From: Eledone cirrhosa
Taxonomy: Eukaryota
Assembly (NCBI GenBank): GCA_964016885.1
Contig: OZ024742.1
Coordinates: 129,952,001 to 130,016,000 of the forward strand
Direction: 5' to 3'
DNA: 64,000 nucleotides
Position 1 is the first letter of the stretch. Each line of letters opens with the position of its first letter. Shown piece by piece: positions 50,895-64,000 of the stretch. A program made the translations under genes and the position numbers. The notes beneath the pieces were generated by a model. It was not told where the DNA came from. It saw nothing but the letters and a program-made list of their open reading frames with translations, and ran no database searches.

Positions 50895-51107
50895 TAAAGC
50901 ACAAGGTCAACCAATTTGGTGGGGAGGGGAAAGTCAATTAAATTGACCCTAGTGCATTACTGGTTCTTTATTCTATCGACCCAGTAAGGATGAAAGCAAA
51001 GCTAAACCTCGGTGGGATTTGAACTCAGAACGTAAAGGACCATAACTACATGCCACAAAGCATGTAGTTATGTCCAATGACCTACCGATGCTGCCAATCC
51101 ACCACCC
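50895..51107 (-). mobile_element. SINE family A, older subfamily
   Basis: Full match; followed head-to-head by an inverted head fragment at 51108-51170. Confidence 0.8.
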
Positions 51108-51929
51108 TTGGCAGTATTGGTAGAGTGTTAGATAACAAGCTTTGTGGCATGTAGTTACAGTCCTTTTATTTCTGCCAAATAATAATTTTGCCTAATAATA
51201 ATAAGTAGTGCCAAAGCTAGACACTAGCTAGAAAAATCTTAATTCTTTCAGACAATTTGCTTTCTCCAAATAACATATTTAAATTTCTCATTCAGATATA
51301 TATTGTTATTTCCATCTGCATACATTTAATGCTTTTAATCCTTGTATTAGCTTTTAAATTTCAGCTATTTAGCTGTGGGTTATAAGACATTATTTTCTTT
51401 GCCAAATAAAAATTAATTATAATTCAGCTCAGTATTGCTAAGATAACTTGTAATGTTACACTCTCATATGAAATTCAAACTGAGGAATATAGAAATGGTT
51501 GGTTCACGAATATTTTTTTTTAGAGAAGAGTCTTTCCTCTTTATCTCACTTAAGCCATACTTTTACATATAATTTATATTTTAAATCTTAACTGTTTATG
51601 TTATAGCTAATTACTATTTATATACTGGAATTTCCTTTAAGTTATAATTATAAAATTGTACATCCGCTTTCCATGTTGATAAGAGCTAAATGAGTTATTA
51701 CAGTCTATGATTAGACAGGTTGGGAAAACATGTTTTTAGTATGATAGGAACTGTGGTAGCCAGTTGCATGAAAGCCTGTATGTTTATGGTTGAATAGTTA
51801 CAAAGTTGCCTGTACTCACATAATGTAAAGGGAAGTAATATGTTTTGTTTCTCTGGTAAAAAGTTTATAAGTACTAATTTCACAGATTAATTTGACTGAG
51901 CCTCTGTTGTGTAATTGGAAAGCTAGCAC

Positions 51930-52557
51930 AGGGTTTTCCAGGTCTTCTCTAGTACCCCATTTTACTGTTTCTTGCGTTTACTCATCATCTCCTTCATGAA
52001 GTCTTCTATCCTGAGATCAATCATTACCACTTCTTCAGTCTTTCTTATATGGTCCTTTGACATGCATCATTTAACACTTTGTCACCCTCCTATCATGTCC
52101 ATACCAGAGCAATCTTCTCTCTTGATGTTGATTCCTCTAATGTCTATTTTTGGCTCATCTTACCCCCCCCCCCCCCCATATTTAGTTATTCAAGCACCCT
52201 GACATTACATATCCAATGGGTGATACTTTCTTCATTTCTTTCAAGCATGCACACACCTTCTACATTCAGGTTCCGTCATGCACTACTGCACTTTGTACTG
52301 AAGGATTATATAATCTGCCCTTCATTTGGTGAGAGAAAAGAATTTTGTTGCCAACCGATATAGTAGCTCCATGAACTTTATCCACCTTATTCTTACAATA
52401 CTACAACAACCTCCACTATTAATTAGTTCCTCTAGATAACAGAAACTGTCAACTATTTTAACAGAGGCTTCTAGATAGCTAAAATGTTTAATGTCTACTA
52501 TGAGATCTGTCTCGTTTAGGTTGTCTTCCAGAGTTAAGGCAGCTGTAGTGCGCAGAG
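51930..52557 (-). mobile_element. Old RTE LINE C-terminal fragment
   Basis: VDSFCYL..LINSGG....VRIRWIKFMEL in ORF 52322-52606. Confidence 0.6.
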
Positions 52558-52562
52558 TATAG

Positions 52563-52897
52563 ATAGATTTAGAAAAATTGAAGTCAGTGTTGTAGCATAC
52601 ATACAAACTTTATTGGCATATTACAATTGTTTCAATATCAATCAGCTCAGGGTACAATCAAGATGACAGGGCCCAACTCTTTTTCGACATCGTGTCAGAT
52701 ATTCAAGATTATATGTGAAAAGACACATATAAACATGTCTTTATATATATAAACTCACATATCTGACAAGATGTCGAAAAAGAGTCGGGTCCCGTCACCT
52801 TGATTGTACCCTGAGTTGATCGATATCGAAACAATTGTAATATGCCAATAAAGTTTGTACATATGCTACAACACTGACTTCAATTTTTCTAAATCTC
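52563..52897. repeat. ~140-bp-arm inverted repeat, each arm holding a degenerate hammerhead motif (probable Penelope pLTR inversion)
   Basis: 52563-52701 is the reverse complement of 52759-52897 with scattered transitions. Confidence 0.85.
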
Positions 52898-53908
52898 TTT
52901 CTCTCTTGCTATAATATTCTTGTTATGATTTTTTGCTATAAGTAATAACCATATCCTTATATATAACATATACCTCATAATATTTATATTATAGCTTTAA
53001 TACAATGTTTCATTATAATATTTCATTACTATTTTGATATCTGTTCAACTTTCTTTTGCTCTTGCTCTTTAATTTATTGGGATTAACACTTATAATTAGT
53101 CTTCTCACATATAATGTATCCTGTTAAATGTTCTAATGGTTAGGAATACCTTTGATATGCTCCGATGATTCCAGACCTATATCTGGATGAAACGATCATA
53201 AGCTATTAAATGCCATAAACCAAATTTAATTGCTATTTATGTTGTATTTCTGCTCTGTAGTATATCTGATATTTTACATTGAGCTACTTATCTTATATTA
53301 CCATTATCTTATTTATATTTTTATATATAAATATAATTATTTCTATATATATATATATATATGACTTGCGACTCCTACACTTATTCATTTGCTTATATAT
53401 GTATATATATATATATTTCTTCTAACACCTCTCAACCATTCCTTTCAAAGGGTTATGACCTCAACTAAAGTGTATTACTTTTCATCTTAACACCATATGA
53501 AAAAAACAATTTGATTTGTTAGTTCTTCAACTACCTCCAAATATGGACATGATACTAATTCTGAGTAAAATTATTATTGAATAAAATTATTATTGCTTTT
53601 GAAAACAGCTGGTGATATGCATGTAAGTAAATATTCTCTCTATCTGATATTTTGTAAACTTACATAGATCAATAACTGAGTATAGATACAATATATTATC
53701 ACCATCTAGAAACGATCGTAAAGCAGTGAAGTATATCTCTAATGACTTGATTTTTTATTTCATTGTTTTAACTTATATCATGACTCTGTTTTCCTTTTAA
53801 TGTTTTATTGTTTTCTGAGATTCATTCTTAACCTACAACATTTTCAACATATGGATTACATTGAGTTCTTCATACAGAATAGACCCCACAACTTACAGTG
53901 GATACCTC

Positions 53909-54330
<422 letters not shown>

Positions 54331-54439
54331 ATATAGCAAAAATTTATTGACAAGACATGTAGAAAAAAACATTTGAATTAACAAACCTATTTTAAAAACA
54401 TTTTATGCTAAATCATTACAGCATGCTATGAATTAAGTG

Positions 54440-54695
54440 AAGGCACATGGTTTAGTGGTTATAGAGTTGGATTTGCAATCATGAGGTTGCGAGTTCAATT
54501 CTCGGACCAGGTGATGCGTTGTGCCCTTGAACAAGACACTTTATTCAATGTTGTTTTTTATGCCAGGAGTTGCAACCAGTAGATAGTATCAGCAATGGAA
54601 AGACCAATGGAAACATTGTTTTCTTGGTCTGATTTGATGAGGTCCACCCCACTCAGCAAACGAATGACATCTGAGATCTTGTCAATCGATCAGAG
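54440..54695 (+). mobile_element. SINE family C, best-preserved copy
   Basis: TGGTTTAGTGGTTA (A box), GAGTTCAATTC (B box), family C tail. Confidence 0.8.
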
Positions 54696-56217
54696 CGATG
54701 AAGTAATAAACCACTTTTATATATATTTTCTGCTAAATCATTACAGGATATTAAGAGTTAAAGACAATATGTATTTGAAGTGGAACAAATAAATGATTTG
54801 AAAGTCATTCCTAATGGGTGGTAATGTGCATGTTCCAGCACTGTATAGTGTAATTTTGTAATAAAGTTTTAAAATGGTATTCAAGTAGAAACTGTCATGA
54901 AATCATGAAAAAAAAAAAGTGGGGTTTCAAATGTAATGAATGGGAAAGAAAAAAATTTTTGTGGCAAGATAGTGATGAAAAAGAAGAAAGCAAAAATTCC
55001 AAAGAATAAATGAGAACTCCCAGTGATTTAGATTCATATACCAACTTTTTTTTTTTTTTCCATGAGAGGATAAACAATATATATGGCAAGATATCGAAGG
55101 ATTTAAAAATATAATCATACATGTTTTATTATTTTTACTATATAGATTTTAGGCATTATTAACCTTTGATTTGAAATTTATAAAATATATTTATGAGTTT
55201 GGTTTCAAAATGACAAAATCTTCTCTAAAGTTTTATTGTCAATAAAATAACTTTCAAGCAACATTTATTTTAAGAGCTGTACCAAAGAGTGTGATAATAA
55301 TTGTCAATATTCAATAAACTGCCATTATTTATAATCAAACTGTGTGGTGTACATTATCTTTTTTCTGTAGGTCAGAATTATAGTATATCATGCACATACA
55401 AAACATGTAAATCTTGCACTTCAACTAAATGTTATGATAAATATTTTCCTTGACACCTTTTTGTCACTGCTTCCCTAGCTAGCCCAAGAACATAAGTGTG
55501 TAATTGTCATGATGAAGTAGCACTGGTGACATAATAAAACATATCCAATCCCCCCCCCCTATAATGTTGTAATGCTAATACCACAACAAAAAATACTCAA
55601 TCCACCCTGTAAAGTTGTAGTAGTGGTTTCACAACAAAAATCACCCACTCTCCCCATACTGGTGCCATGAGAAAAAACAGCCAGTCCACCCTGTAAGTTG
55701 GTAGTACTGGGGCCATAAAAAAGTTCTCAGTACATGCTATGAAGTGGTTGGCATTAGAAAACTAAGTCAAAAGCAGAATATACGAGCAAAACAGGGTCAC
55801 CTGATCTGTCTGACCTCATAACATAACAGCCTGCCTAACCTATGCATGAAAAATAGACATTATATGGTGGTAGTGGTGACGACTTTTATGCCTGGGAATT
55901 CATTATCATGCTACCATGAAATTGTGCATACAGTACACACGCTAATTGTATAATGGGTTGATTGGCTTCAGTGACATTCCATTCTAATAACTATTTACAG
56001 TCAGTGTATCATTGGTTGGATACAGTGCATGATTTTGTGTTGATATATAACCAAGATGGCTGCAAGAAAAGAAGTGGCAAAAGCATTTACAGAATGTATG
56101 GATTCAGAGCCTGGCTAGAGAGACGTGTTTAGGATCATAAGAATGATGAAGAGTAGAAGGACAGGAGAGCCAACAGGTGTTGTGGGAGATATTATAAAGG
56201 TAGAGGGAAGTTGAGGT

Positions 56218-56410
56218 ATGACGAGGATGACAGAGGGAAAGAAGACTGTATTCCAGGAGATAAGTAGTCTTACTACTCTGTACAAGAGGAAAGACAATCC
56301 CCTAGACTGTGTCTCATACAGAGCAATAAATTTAACAGAACATGGAATGAAGGTGTTGGAAAGAACAGTAGAGAAGAGGATAAGGAAAACAGTGAAGATG
56401 ATGAAATACA
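56218..56410 (+). mobile_element. Old RTE RT fragment
   Basis: LYKRKDNPLDCVSYRAINLTEHGMKVLERTVEKRIR. Confidence 0.65.
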
Positions 56411-56821
56411 GTTTGCTGACAGTCAAAATTTTACCCACATTCAAATTTGAAACTGTAAACTGACAAAATCTCTAAAAATCCAGACGAAAAAATAGTTTAA
56501 ACACTAAAATCAAAACGACAATCTTAATCTATAAAAGTGACTATAGAATATTGCTTCCTTTGTAGTATATAGAATAGGATATTGAACTATGTATGTAGGT
56601 TGCAAAATGTAGGCAATATTTTTGTAAAAAAAAACTAGCAGAAATTTTGTGTAGAGGCACATTTTTTCAAGAGAAAGGTCATAAGCTATATGATTTTAGA
56701 TGCTATATTTATCTATCTATTTACTTATGCATGTGTGTGTGTGTGCAAAACATAAATAGGAATAACAAATCAAACGACACAGTATAAAGAAAAATGTATT
56801 ACTTTAACGTTTGATATCATA

Positions 56822-57093
56822 TAGACAGTATGCCCCCACCCCGCCTCCCACTGTAAAGTGATCATGTAGGTGTCACGACAAAAAGCACCCAGTCCACACT
56901 GTAAAGTGGTCGTGTAGGCACCACGGTAAAAAAGCACCCAGTACTCACTGTAAATGAGGTTGGTGTTAGGAAGGGCATCCAGCTGTAGAAATCAAGCCAA
57001 AATCAGTTCTGTATGAGCAAGACATAGTCATCTAACCCATGCTAGCATGGAAGAATGGACGTAAATTGGTGATGATGATGATGATGATGATGA
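56822..57093 (+). mobile_element. RTE 3'UTR fragment
   Basis: Matches 23808-24110; (GAT)n tail. Confidence 0.85.
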
Positions 57094-57222
57094 CATTCAA
57101 TGCTATTGCCATAAATATTGATAGCATAGGTTCACTAGTTTAATATAAGTTGCAAATCTATGAATTTGTAAAATTCGAGATTCATTGTTTTTCTTATACA
57201 GATGTGACCTCTTCAGTTTCTT

Positions 57223-57952
57223 ATCATCATCATCATCGTTTAACATCCATCTTCCACGCTAGCATGGGTTTGACAGGAGTTGTCCTACTTGAGGCAAGGT
57301 TGGTCGGGTGACCGTGTCTCGCTCATATAGGACTATCTGGCAGGTTTTCTATGGCTGGATGCCCTTCCTAACACCAACCACATTTACAGTGTGGAACTGG
57401 GAACTTTTTACCGTGTTACTTACACGGCCACATTACAGCGTGGACTGTGTGTTTTTTTGTCGTGACACCTACACGATCTCGATCTCATTATCTCATTTAT
57501 TTGGACTGGATGTTGTGGTACCAACTTTACAGAGAGAGGGTGGTGTTGGTGGGAGTGGGAGGATAGGGTAGGGGTAGTGGATTGGGTTGTATATTTGGTT
57601 GAGAGGTGCCTACTGACTGTAGGTTTCGCTTTGTACATAGGCAAGGCGGGTCTTCTGTATTACTGCATAGCGCCAAAGATCTCGGTCCAGTGACATTGTC
57701 TTAGAGAGGTGCAAGTGTTAAAGGTCGGAATTTATCAGATCGTCCCAGGTTTTTCTGGGTCTACCTACTCCGTAACTACCATCAATTTTGATCGCCCTGC
57801 ACTTTTTTATGCAGCTGTCGTCTTTCATGCGCATCATGTGACCATACCAACGTAGTCTTCTCTCAAGTAAACAGTATCTTATCCCTCTTATTCCTAATTT
57901 CTCATTTAGTTCATTTATGCTTTGCCGTTCACATATATTACTATTACACATC
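57223..57952 (-). mobile_element. RTE LINE 3' fragment
   Basis: RRLRWYGHMMRM...GRPRKTW; closely similar to 35776-36480. Confidence 0.9.
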
Positions 57953-59474
57953 TTATACATTTGCAATTCTCCCTTGGTACTAAAAAGGTTCCCTGCTCCT
58001 ACTATATAGATACACCTTAGATTATGTATAGAAAGATCATTTATAAACATTCTACTATGATGCTTTTCAGGACTTTTGAGACAAATACCAGGGAGGGAGA
58101 TAAGCATCCTTAAATCAAAGACCAGGCATTAATGTTTGCAACAAAATAGACTCTGCTAAAGGCACCAAGGACCAGCTGATAATGTTAAACTAACTAGGAG
58201 ACTGATAAAGAGGCTACTAGTGGATTTGAGACCCAAGGAGGCTACTAGTGGATTTGAACTCAGAATGCAAAGAGCTGAAAGAAATATTGTAAGGTACCCT
58301 GTTCAACACTAACAATTCTACCAGCCCAAAACTGGTATTTTATTTATCCCCTTTAGAAGGTATTTAACTCTTTCATTACTATATTTCTATTGAAAATAAC
58401 TGCCCATGATTTTCAAAGAACTTTGAAATTTATCAAGAATTTGGAAGGATTTAATAATATAACTAAATTTCTCAATATTAAGTTAGTGTTTGGAGCATAA
58501 CTTAACAAAGATTCTTATGCAAAATCATGATGGAATTTAAATATTTTGAATTAAACAGTCTTATATCATAGAGTTGTAACCAGATGACAGTACCAACAAT
58601 TGGAAAGACCAAGGGAAACATTGTTTCCTTGGTCTGATCTGATGAGTTCCCCTCAACTAAGTAAACGAATGAGGTCTGAGATCTTGTTTAGATTCAGACA
58701 AAAACAAATATCATAGAACACTAGGTGGTTCAGGAGAAGTTTGGTATCAAATGGATTAATAGTTGTTGCAATTTAGCTCCAGTTCAGATTTGATACAGTA
58801 AATCTATGATCAAAGGTGTTCAGGTGTTTCAGCCACAACTATCCCATTTTTTATTCAGATGTAATGTATCTGGGATTACATTATCCACATCATCAAATAT
58901 GTCCTTCCTTTTTAAGATGCATTCGTCATCATCATCATCATCATCATCATTTAACATTCACTTTCCATGCTAACAAGGGTTGGACAGGTCTACATAGACC
59001 AAGTCAGTACTGAAGCAGGGCTTGTTTGGCAAGCTTTCTACAGCTGGATGCCTTTCTAACACCAACCACTTTGTAGCATGTACTGGGTGCTTTTATCATG
59101 TGGATCACCAGCATTAAGGAGGTTGTCATGTCCTTCACATAACTAAAGGGTCTTCCCAAACAGCATTGTTCTTCAATTTTCTTTAACTGGATAATCTTCC
59201 CTCTTTATATAACAATCAATCCACTGGTGGTAAGGTGGCTTGATCTATGTGAAAGAAAGCTCTGACCTTAAACTTTTCAACAGCATTAAGGTAGGGGATT
59301 TAGCTATTATTTCTGTATGGTGTATGTATTATTTATGTAGCTTATGTTTAATTGTATTTGGGTGTAGTGCGATGTGTATATACAGGTCAAAGAGCAGTTT
59401 GTGGACTAAGGTGATTGTATTTTGTATGTCCGGACTTGTATTTTTCCATGCTTAGAGGAAGTAGGATATAATAT

Positions 59475-61250
59475 GGAGACATCCTCTAAAAATTTCAATT
59501 TTAGTATTTGAATATTTATCAAGGATTGCAATATTCTAAATTTTTCACTTAAGTGAAGTGAACAACTCATTGTTCCTTTCTGTTAAAGGTGTGATTTATC
59601 CAAAATATTCCAATTAATTGTGTATGGAATCTTTTTATCCTTCAGGTTCCATACATGATTTGCCAATGCCATGGCCGTCCTCATTTCCTGATGTTTGAAT
59701 GACGTAATATGTGGAATAGCTGACTTCACCGACTACCTATTGAAAATTTTCCTATACCTGTGTTAAAGGGGGAAATGTATATCAAATAATTCTAAAAAGA
59801 TGTTTTACCTATATTAGTCTTCACTGCTAGGGAGTAGGGTGGTGTAAACTAGATTATATTTCTTTTCTTACTTTTATGTGATTTTGAGTGGTGGTGCTAG
59901 GTATATATTTAATTTTATCTATGAAACCACTAACCACAAGTATTTTATCATAGTATGAGGTTACCCTATCAAATATCTCCTTGAATCCTACTGCTAATAT
60001 TGGGGACTCGATTTTTTAAAGATTACTGGAGGGTAGCAGAATCCTCTATTAATGTATCTTAGTTTTTTGTTAGGCTTATAAGGCTTGTGGGTACCTATAA
60101 CTAAATCCAAGTTTACATCTAAGAATTTGGCATTGGTATCTACGATTCTTTTAAATCATAAGTTACTAAAAGTCAGTAGTATTTCTTTGCAGAAATTATC
60201 CAGTAAATGCCTATTGCAGTTATGGGATACTGTGAAACCGTCATCACAGTAGAGACCAATTGCATGGTTGGGGAATTTTCCTTTAAGTGTATGAAGGATA
60301 AAAAGTCCACACATCTTCACTATCATAGAATCCCATCGATACTCCAAAGGGATACTTTGGGATTGATTTTCTTAACCCAGGTAGACTCAAAAGTAAATAG
60401 GAGGATTTTTCTGGTATGCAGACTTCTATCTCTTGGTCATTGATAGGACCAAATCTGCAAGTGAACTCCAGAGCCTTAGCTAATAGTGAACTAGTGATGA
60501 AGGGGTAAAAATTTGTTATAGAATTGTGTAACCATGGCCTTATTTTTCTCTGGAATATTATTGAACCAACCTATCACTGAATAAATATTCTTCCACTGTA
60601 ATAGATCAGTGTTATTCTTAATACATGTATTTAATATCTTATTACTGGCGAATCCTATTTTGGTTCTAGCAGAGTTAATTAATCTACAACTAAGTCTATT
60701 ATTAAAGTTCTTTTTATGATCTTTCAGGGTGATATAAGCATTATGCTTAGCAAGGCAATCAGTTCTTTTATCTATCTTTAGGGATCTAGCAATAGGTTTA
60801 GCTTCTTCATTCATTTTATTATAAGTACTTTGCTTTCTGGTATTTGTTAGTAATACTATCTAATAAGAGATTATTGTATTTATACTTAACAGCTTCATAT
60901 AAGTCTTTTGTTTTATCAGAAAAGGCGAAAATATTTCTAGAAGATTTAATCTTATTTGTGCCATGTGAAAGTTTGGCCAAGAAATGGTTATAGTACTTAC
61001 AGAACTTGATGTTATTAATCATTTGTAATAAATTCACTTAGAAGGGGACTAGGTCTCTAACTCTAGGAGGATGACTTTATGTTAACATGTTAAGTTGCAG
61101 TGGTGAATATCTCTCTGTCAATTAGTAGTGCCTTCCATCTCAATCTGTACACAAGATTTTCCACTTTTTCTGAGTATTTTTGTATAATTTGTATTGATTG
61201 GTGTTGGTATATTTTTGGTACTGTAGTTGATCTCATATAATTTCCTCTTG
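59475..61250 (-). mobile_element. Penelope-like (Naiad-type) retroelement, near full length but decayed
   Basis: YSTKNIP...RLRWKA N-terminus; ITLKDHKKNF...CRLIN...QWKN; GLYCDDG (catalytic motif); FTPPYSLAVKTNIG; SFK...VWNLK...INWNIL endonuclease end. Confidence 0.85.
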
Positions 61251-61532
61251 CTGCGTTGGTATATCTCCTAGTATCTTTAAAATCTTATTGGGCTAAAGGA
61301 TGCCAATCTCATTAGTAAATAAAGGGCTATGTATCAATAAGAATAGATGAATGAAAAAGAGTGCTCTATGTAATGTACAATGAAGTTAACTATACATTCC
61401 AGCCTCACCAAAAAGGTATGGACTTGTATCTAGGCTAGAAACCATCACTGTTGATAAACAATATTTTGCTTTTGAGAGTGTTTGTGATTTGTGTATGTCT
61501 GTTACTAATTGCAAATTATTATTAATATGTTC

Positions 61533-62008
61533 AGCGGTGGATTGGCAGTATCGGTAGAGGGTCGGACGCCATGCTTTGCCGCATAGAGTTACGGCCCTTG
61601 CCATTCTGAATTCAAATCCCGCCATGGTTAACTTTACCTTTCATCCTTACGGGGTCGATAAAATAAAGTACCAGTAATACACTGAGAAATTGCTGGCCTT
61701 GTGCCAAAAGTAGAAACAATTATTAATATGTTCAAATCCCGCTGAGGTTAACTTTACCTTTCATTCTTACGGGATCGATAAAATAAAGTACCAGTAATGC
61801 ACTAGGTAATTGCTGGCCTTGTGCCAAAAGTAGAAACAATTAATAATATGTTTCTTATGTACTTTATTTTATCAACCCAGTAAGGATGAAAGCAAAGTTA
61901 ACCCGCCAAGGTTAACTTTGCCTTTCATCCTTATGGGGGTCGATAAAATAAAGTACCAGTAATACACTGGGATAATTGCTGGCCTTGTGCCAAAAGTAGA
62001 AACAATTA
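61533..62008 (+). mobile_element. Three tandem SINE family A copies at one site
   Basis: 61533-61722 full; 61730-61842 and 61903-62008 truncated; (ATT)ATTAATATGTT repeated at each junction. Confidence 0.88.
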
Positions 62009-62866
62009 TTAATATGTTTCTTTTTTACATCATATTTTTTTAGTATACCTATTTTCGTCATAATTTTGTAATGAATTAACTATGATACACATGTAACATT
62101 ATTTTTAATATAACTGATTGCATCAGATGAAATATTACAGCCTTTAGTTCAATATTACAAATGTTCACAACAATCAGTTCACGAGTAAAGATATGATAAA
62201 CATTTGCATTAAGAGATCTATTTTTAGGTATTTTCTGCTAAATCATTACAGGATGTTAAGAGTTAGAGTACTGAACAATTAAACATATAATTCTAAACAA
62301 ACTTATGATTTACGGAGTACTGAGAAAATTTGTAATTTGAATTGAAAATGTGATTGTCCCAAACATTAAACACTGGATATTGAACCAAATGTCTTACAGT
62401 ATTGCTTCCGGCTCTTTATGTTCTGGGTTTAAATGCTGCTGATGTCAATTTTGCCTTTCATCCTTCTGAGGTTGATAAAATAAAGTATTGTAATCAATTG
62501 ACGCCTGCTTCCAAACTTGTGCTTATCATCATCATCATCATTTTTACATCTGTTTTTCCACACTCACAGGGGTTAGAAACAATTATTAAAATGGAATTCG
62601 GAAAATATCTTAACAAAATGTTAAGGAGGTTTTAATTTAAATATAAATACTCCAAAATTAGAGGCTTTGTATTATAAAACAGATGATAGGACTGGGGTCC
62701 CTTATTATTAAAAGACCCAAGAAACCCTCTATGAGACACATCATAGGAAGCTGGCAAATCTTGCACGAGTGTAAGCTGTAAGAACATTATAAAACAAGAA
62801 GTAGTCTCACAGCTTGCTTTCAAAAAGATTAGAATATAGAATATAAAAGTGAATATATAAACTTAC

Positions 62867-63110
62867 CTCAATATCATTTCTAATATGTTGCTCAGATGTA
62901 CGACAAATCTTCTGTGTCTGTGATACACTCAGTTTCGTACATTTGTTCACATATTTGCCTTCCATACCAGTCTTAGCTTTCATTTCCTGTATTTGGTCTT
63001 TTAAGTAAGCAATCATCTCATTTCGGCTTTCGATCTCTCGTTCTTTTTCTTCTGTAACCTCTGCCAGAAGTTTGTTTAATTCCTTCAGTCTTAGCTGACT
63101 GCATCGTTCC
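62867..63110 (-). CDS. IQCG: Internal coding exon (244 nt, phase 2-0) of IQCG/DRC9, coiled-coil region
   Basis: Acceptor ttttatgtgaag| and donor |gtaagt. Encodes (R)ERCSQLRLKELNK...SRNEMIAYLKDQIQEMKAKTGMEGKYV...SVSQTQKIC...DIE, recognised from memory as similar to vertebrate IQCG [25 protein letters not shown]...IAQTQKKC...EIE. Confidence 0.85.
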
Positions 63111-64000
63111 CTTCACATAAAAGTTAGAAGACTCAAATAAAATCATACTGAAATCATACATAAAATGATAACATTTCATTTTTATTTTTATCATCAACAT
63201 CTATGATTAGTAATTATGTTTTCATTCTCGAAGAGATTTCTGAAAATAGCAGTCTCATGAGAGAAATCTTTAGAGAAATCTTTGATAACAAATTTTTTTT
63301 TAAAATACAGAAAATTTTCTTTAAAAAATATAGAACAGTAACTTTGCCATCTTAGCATCGTTTTATCGATAAGTTACAATATGCTATGCAAGTGGAAAAT
63401 AGAATGATTCGAAAAGTAATAAATGAATCTCACCTCGAAAACAGTAATCAAATTATCTCAAGTAAAGGTCTAGAAGTAAAGTGAGAGCTAAAATGTCATA
63501 AACATGACAAATCAATAATTTAAATGCTAAAGAATATTAACCCTGTCTTTCCAGTTTTCCTGTTTAACATTATGTTTTGCAATAACTATCTTGGAAATTT
63601 AGACACATAATCACCAATCAGTCAGTATGAACCCGAATCTTCCAAATTATGGAAGCAATGTGGATACGGATAATTGGTGACAAGGACATCAAACCACCTT
63701 ATTTTCCTTTGCTTGTGATGCATTAACTATGTAATACAAAAAGATTCACAAGCTTTGAACTATTAAACTGATCAAAGAATTTTATTGATAATGCTCTCAT
63801 AAGAGGACATATTAATCAACATTACTAACTGCCAAGAGGTGATATCATAAAGAATTTAAGAACAACTAAGATAGTTCATATCCCAGAAGACAATCAAAGA
63901 TGAAACCAATTGAAACAGTGCAAAACACACAAAAAAAACATGATAAATGAGAGCAACAGTCTGGAAAATTTAAATTAATGATCATAACAATACCATTTCA

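Noticed and set aside
58630-58685. C/D-box snoRNA-like motif (TGATGA...CTGA) in the SINE C tail
   Set aside because: Only ~40 nt long, boxes not conserved in all copies, and antisense to the host gene.
59475-61250. Selenocysteine-recoding Naiad element
   Set aside because: The copy has many frameshifts and stops of several types, so TGA recoding cannot be assessed.
63400-63760. Upstream IQCG exon
   Set aside because: The two candidate AG|GT donors (~63433 and ~63697) have in-frame stops shortly upstream; the exon probably lies beyond the window.

Overview
This is eukaryotic, AT-rich, repeat-dominated DNA. The SINE, LINE and microsatellite repertoire suggests a coleoid cephalopod (octopus-like), which is an inference. 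The only host gene I can support is IQCG/DRC9 (dynein regulatory complex) on the minus strand. It appears as two spliced exons (63110-62867 and 21327-21253) separated by a ~41.5 kb intron, and the ORF track does not show it properly. The first 10.7 kb is a 48-bp minisatellite (~220 units) with a hairpin in every unit and three stop-free frames; the 3587-aa ORF is most likely a by-product of it. The rest is a layered record of mobile elements: a near full-length Tx1-clade LINE sitting in an (ATT)n tract, decayed RTE, R4/Dong-like and Penelope-like (Naiad-type) elements, three tRNA-derived SINE families, two non-autonomous Helitrons and TA/TTAA MITEs. The most notable observations are (i) an intact-looking type I hammerhead ribozyme at 25130-25223 plus several degenerate ones, (ii) an apparent Tx1-SINE partnership sharing a 3' end and an ATT target, with R4/Dong-like elements using the opposite strand of the same microsatellite, and (iii) the structured 48-bp array. 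All calls were made by eye; no database searches were run.
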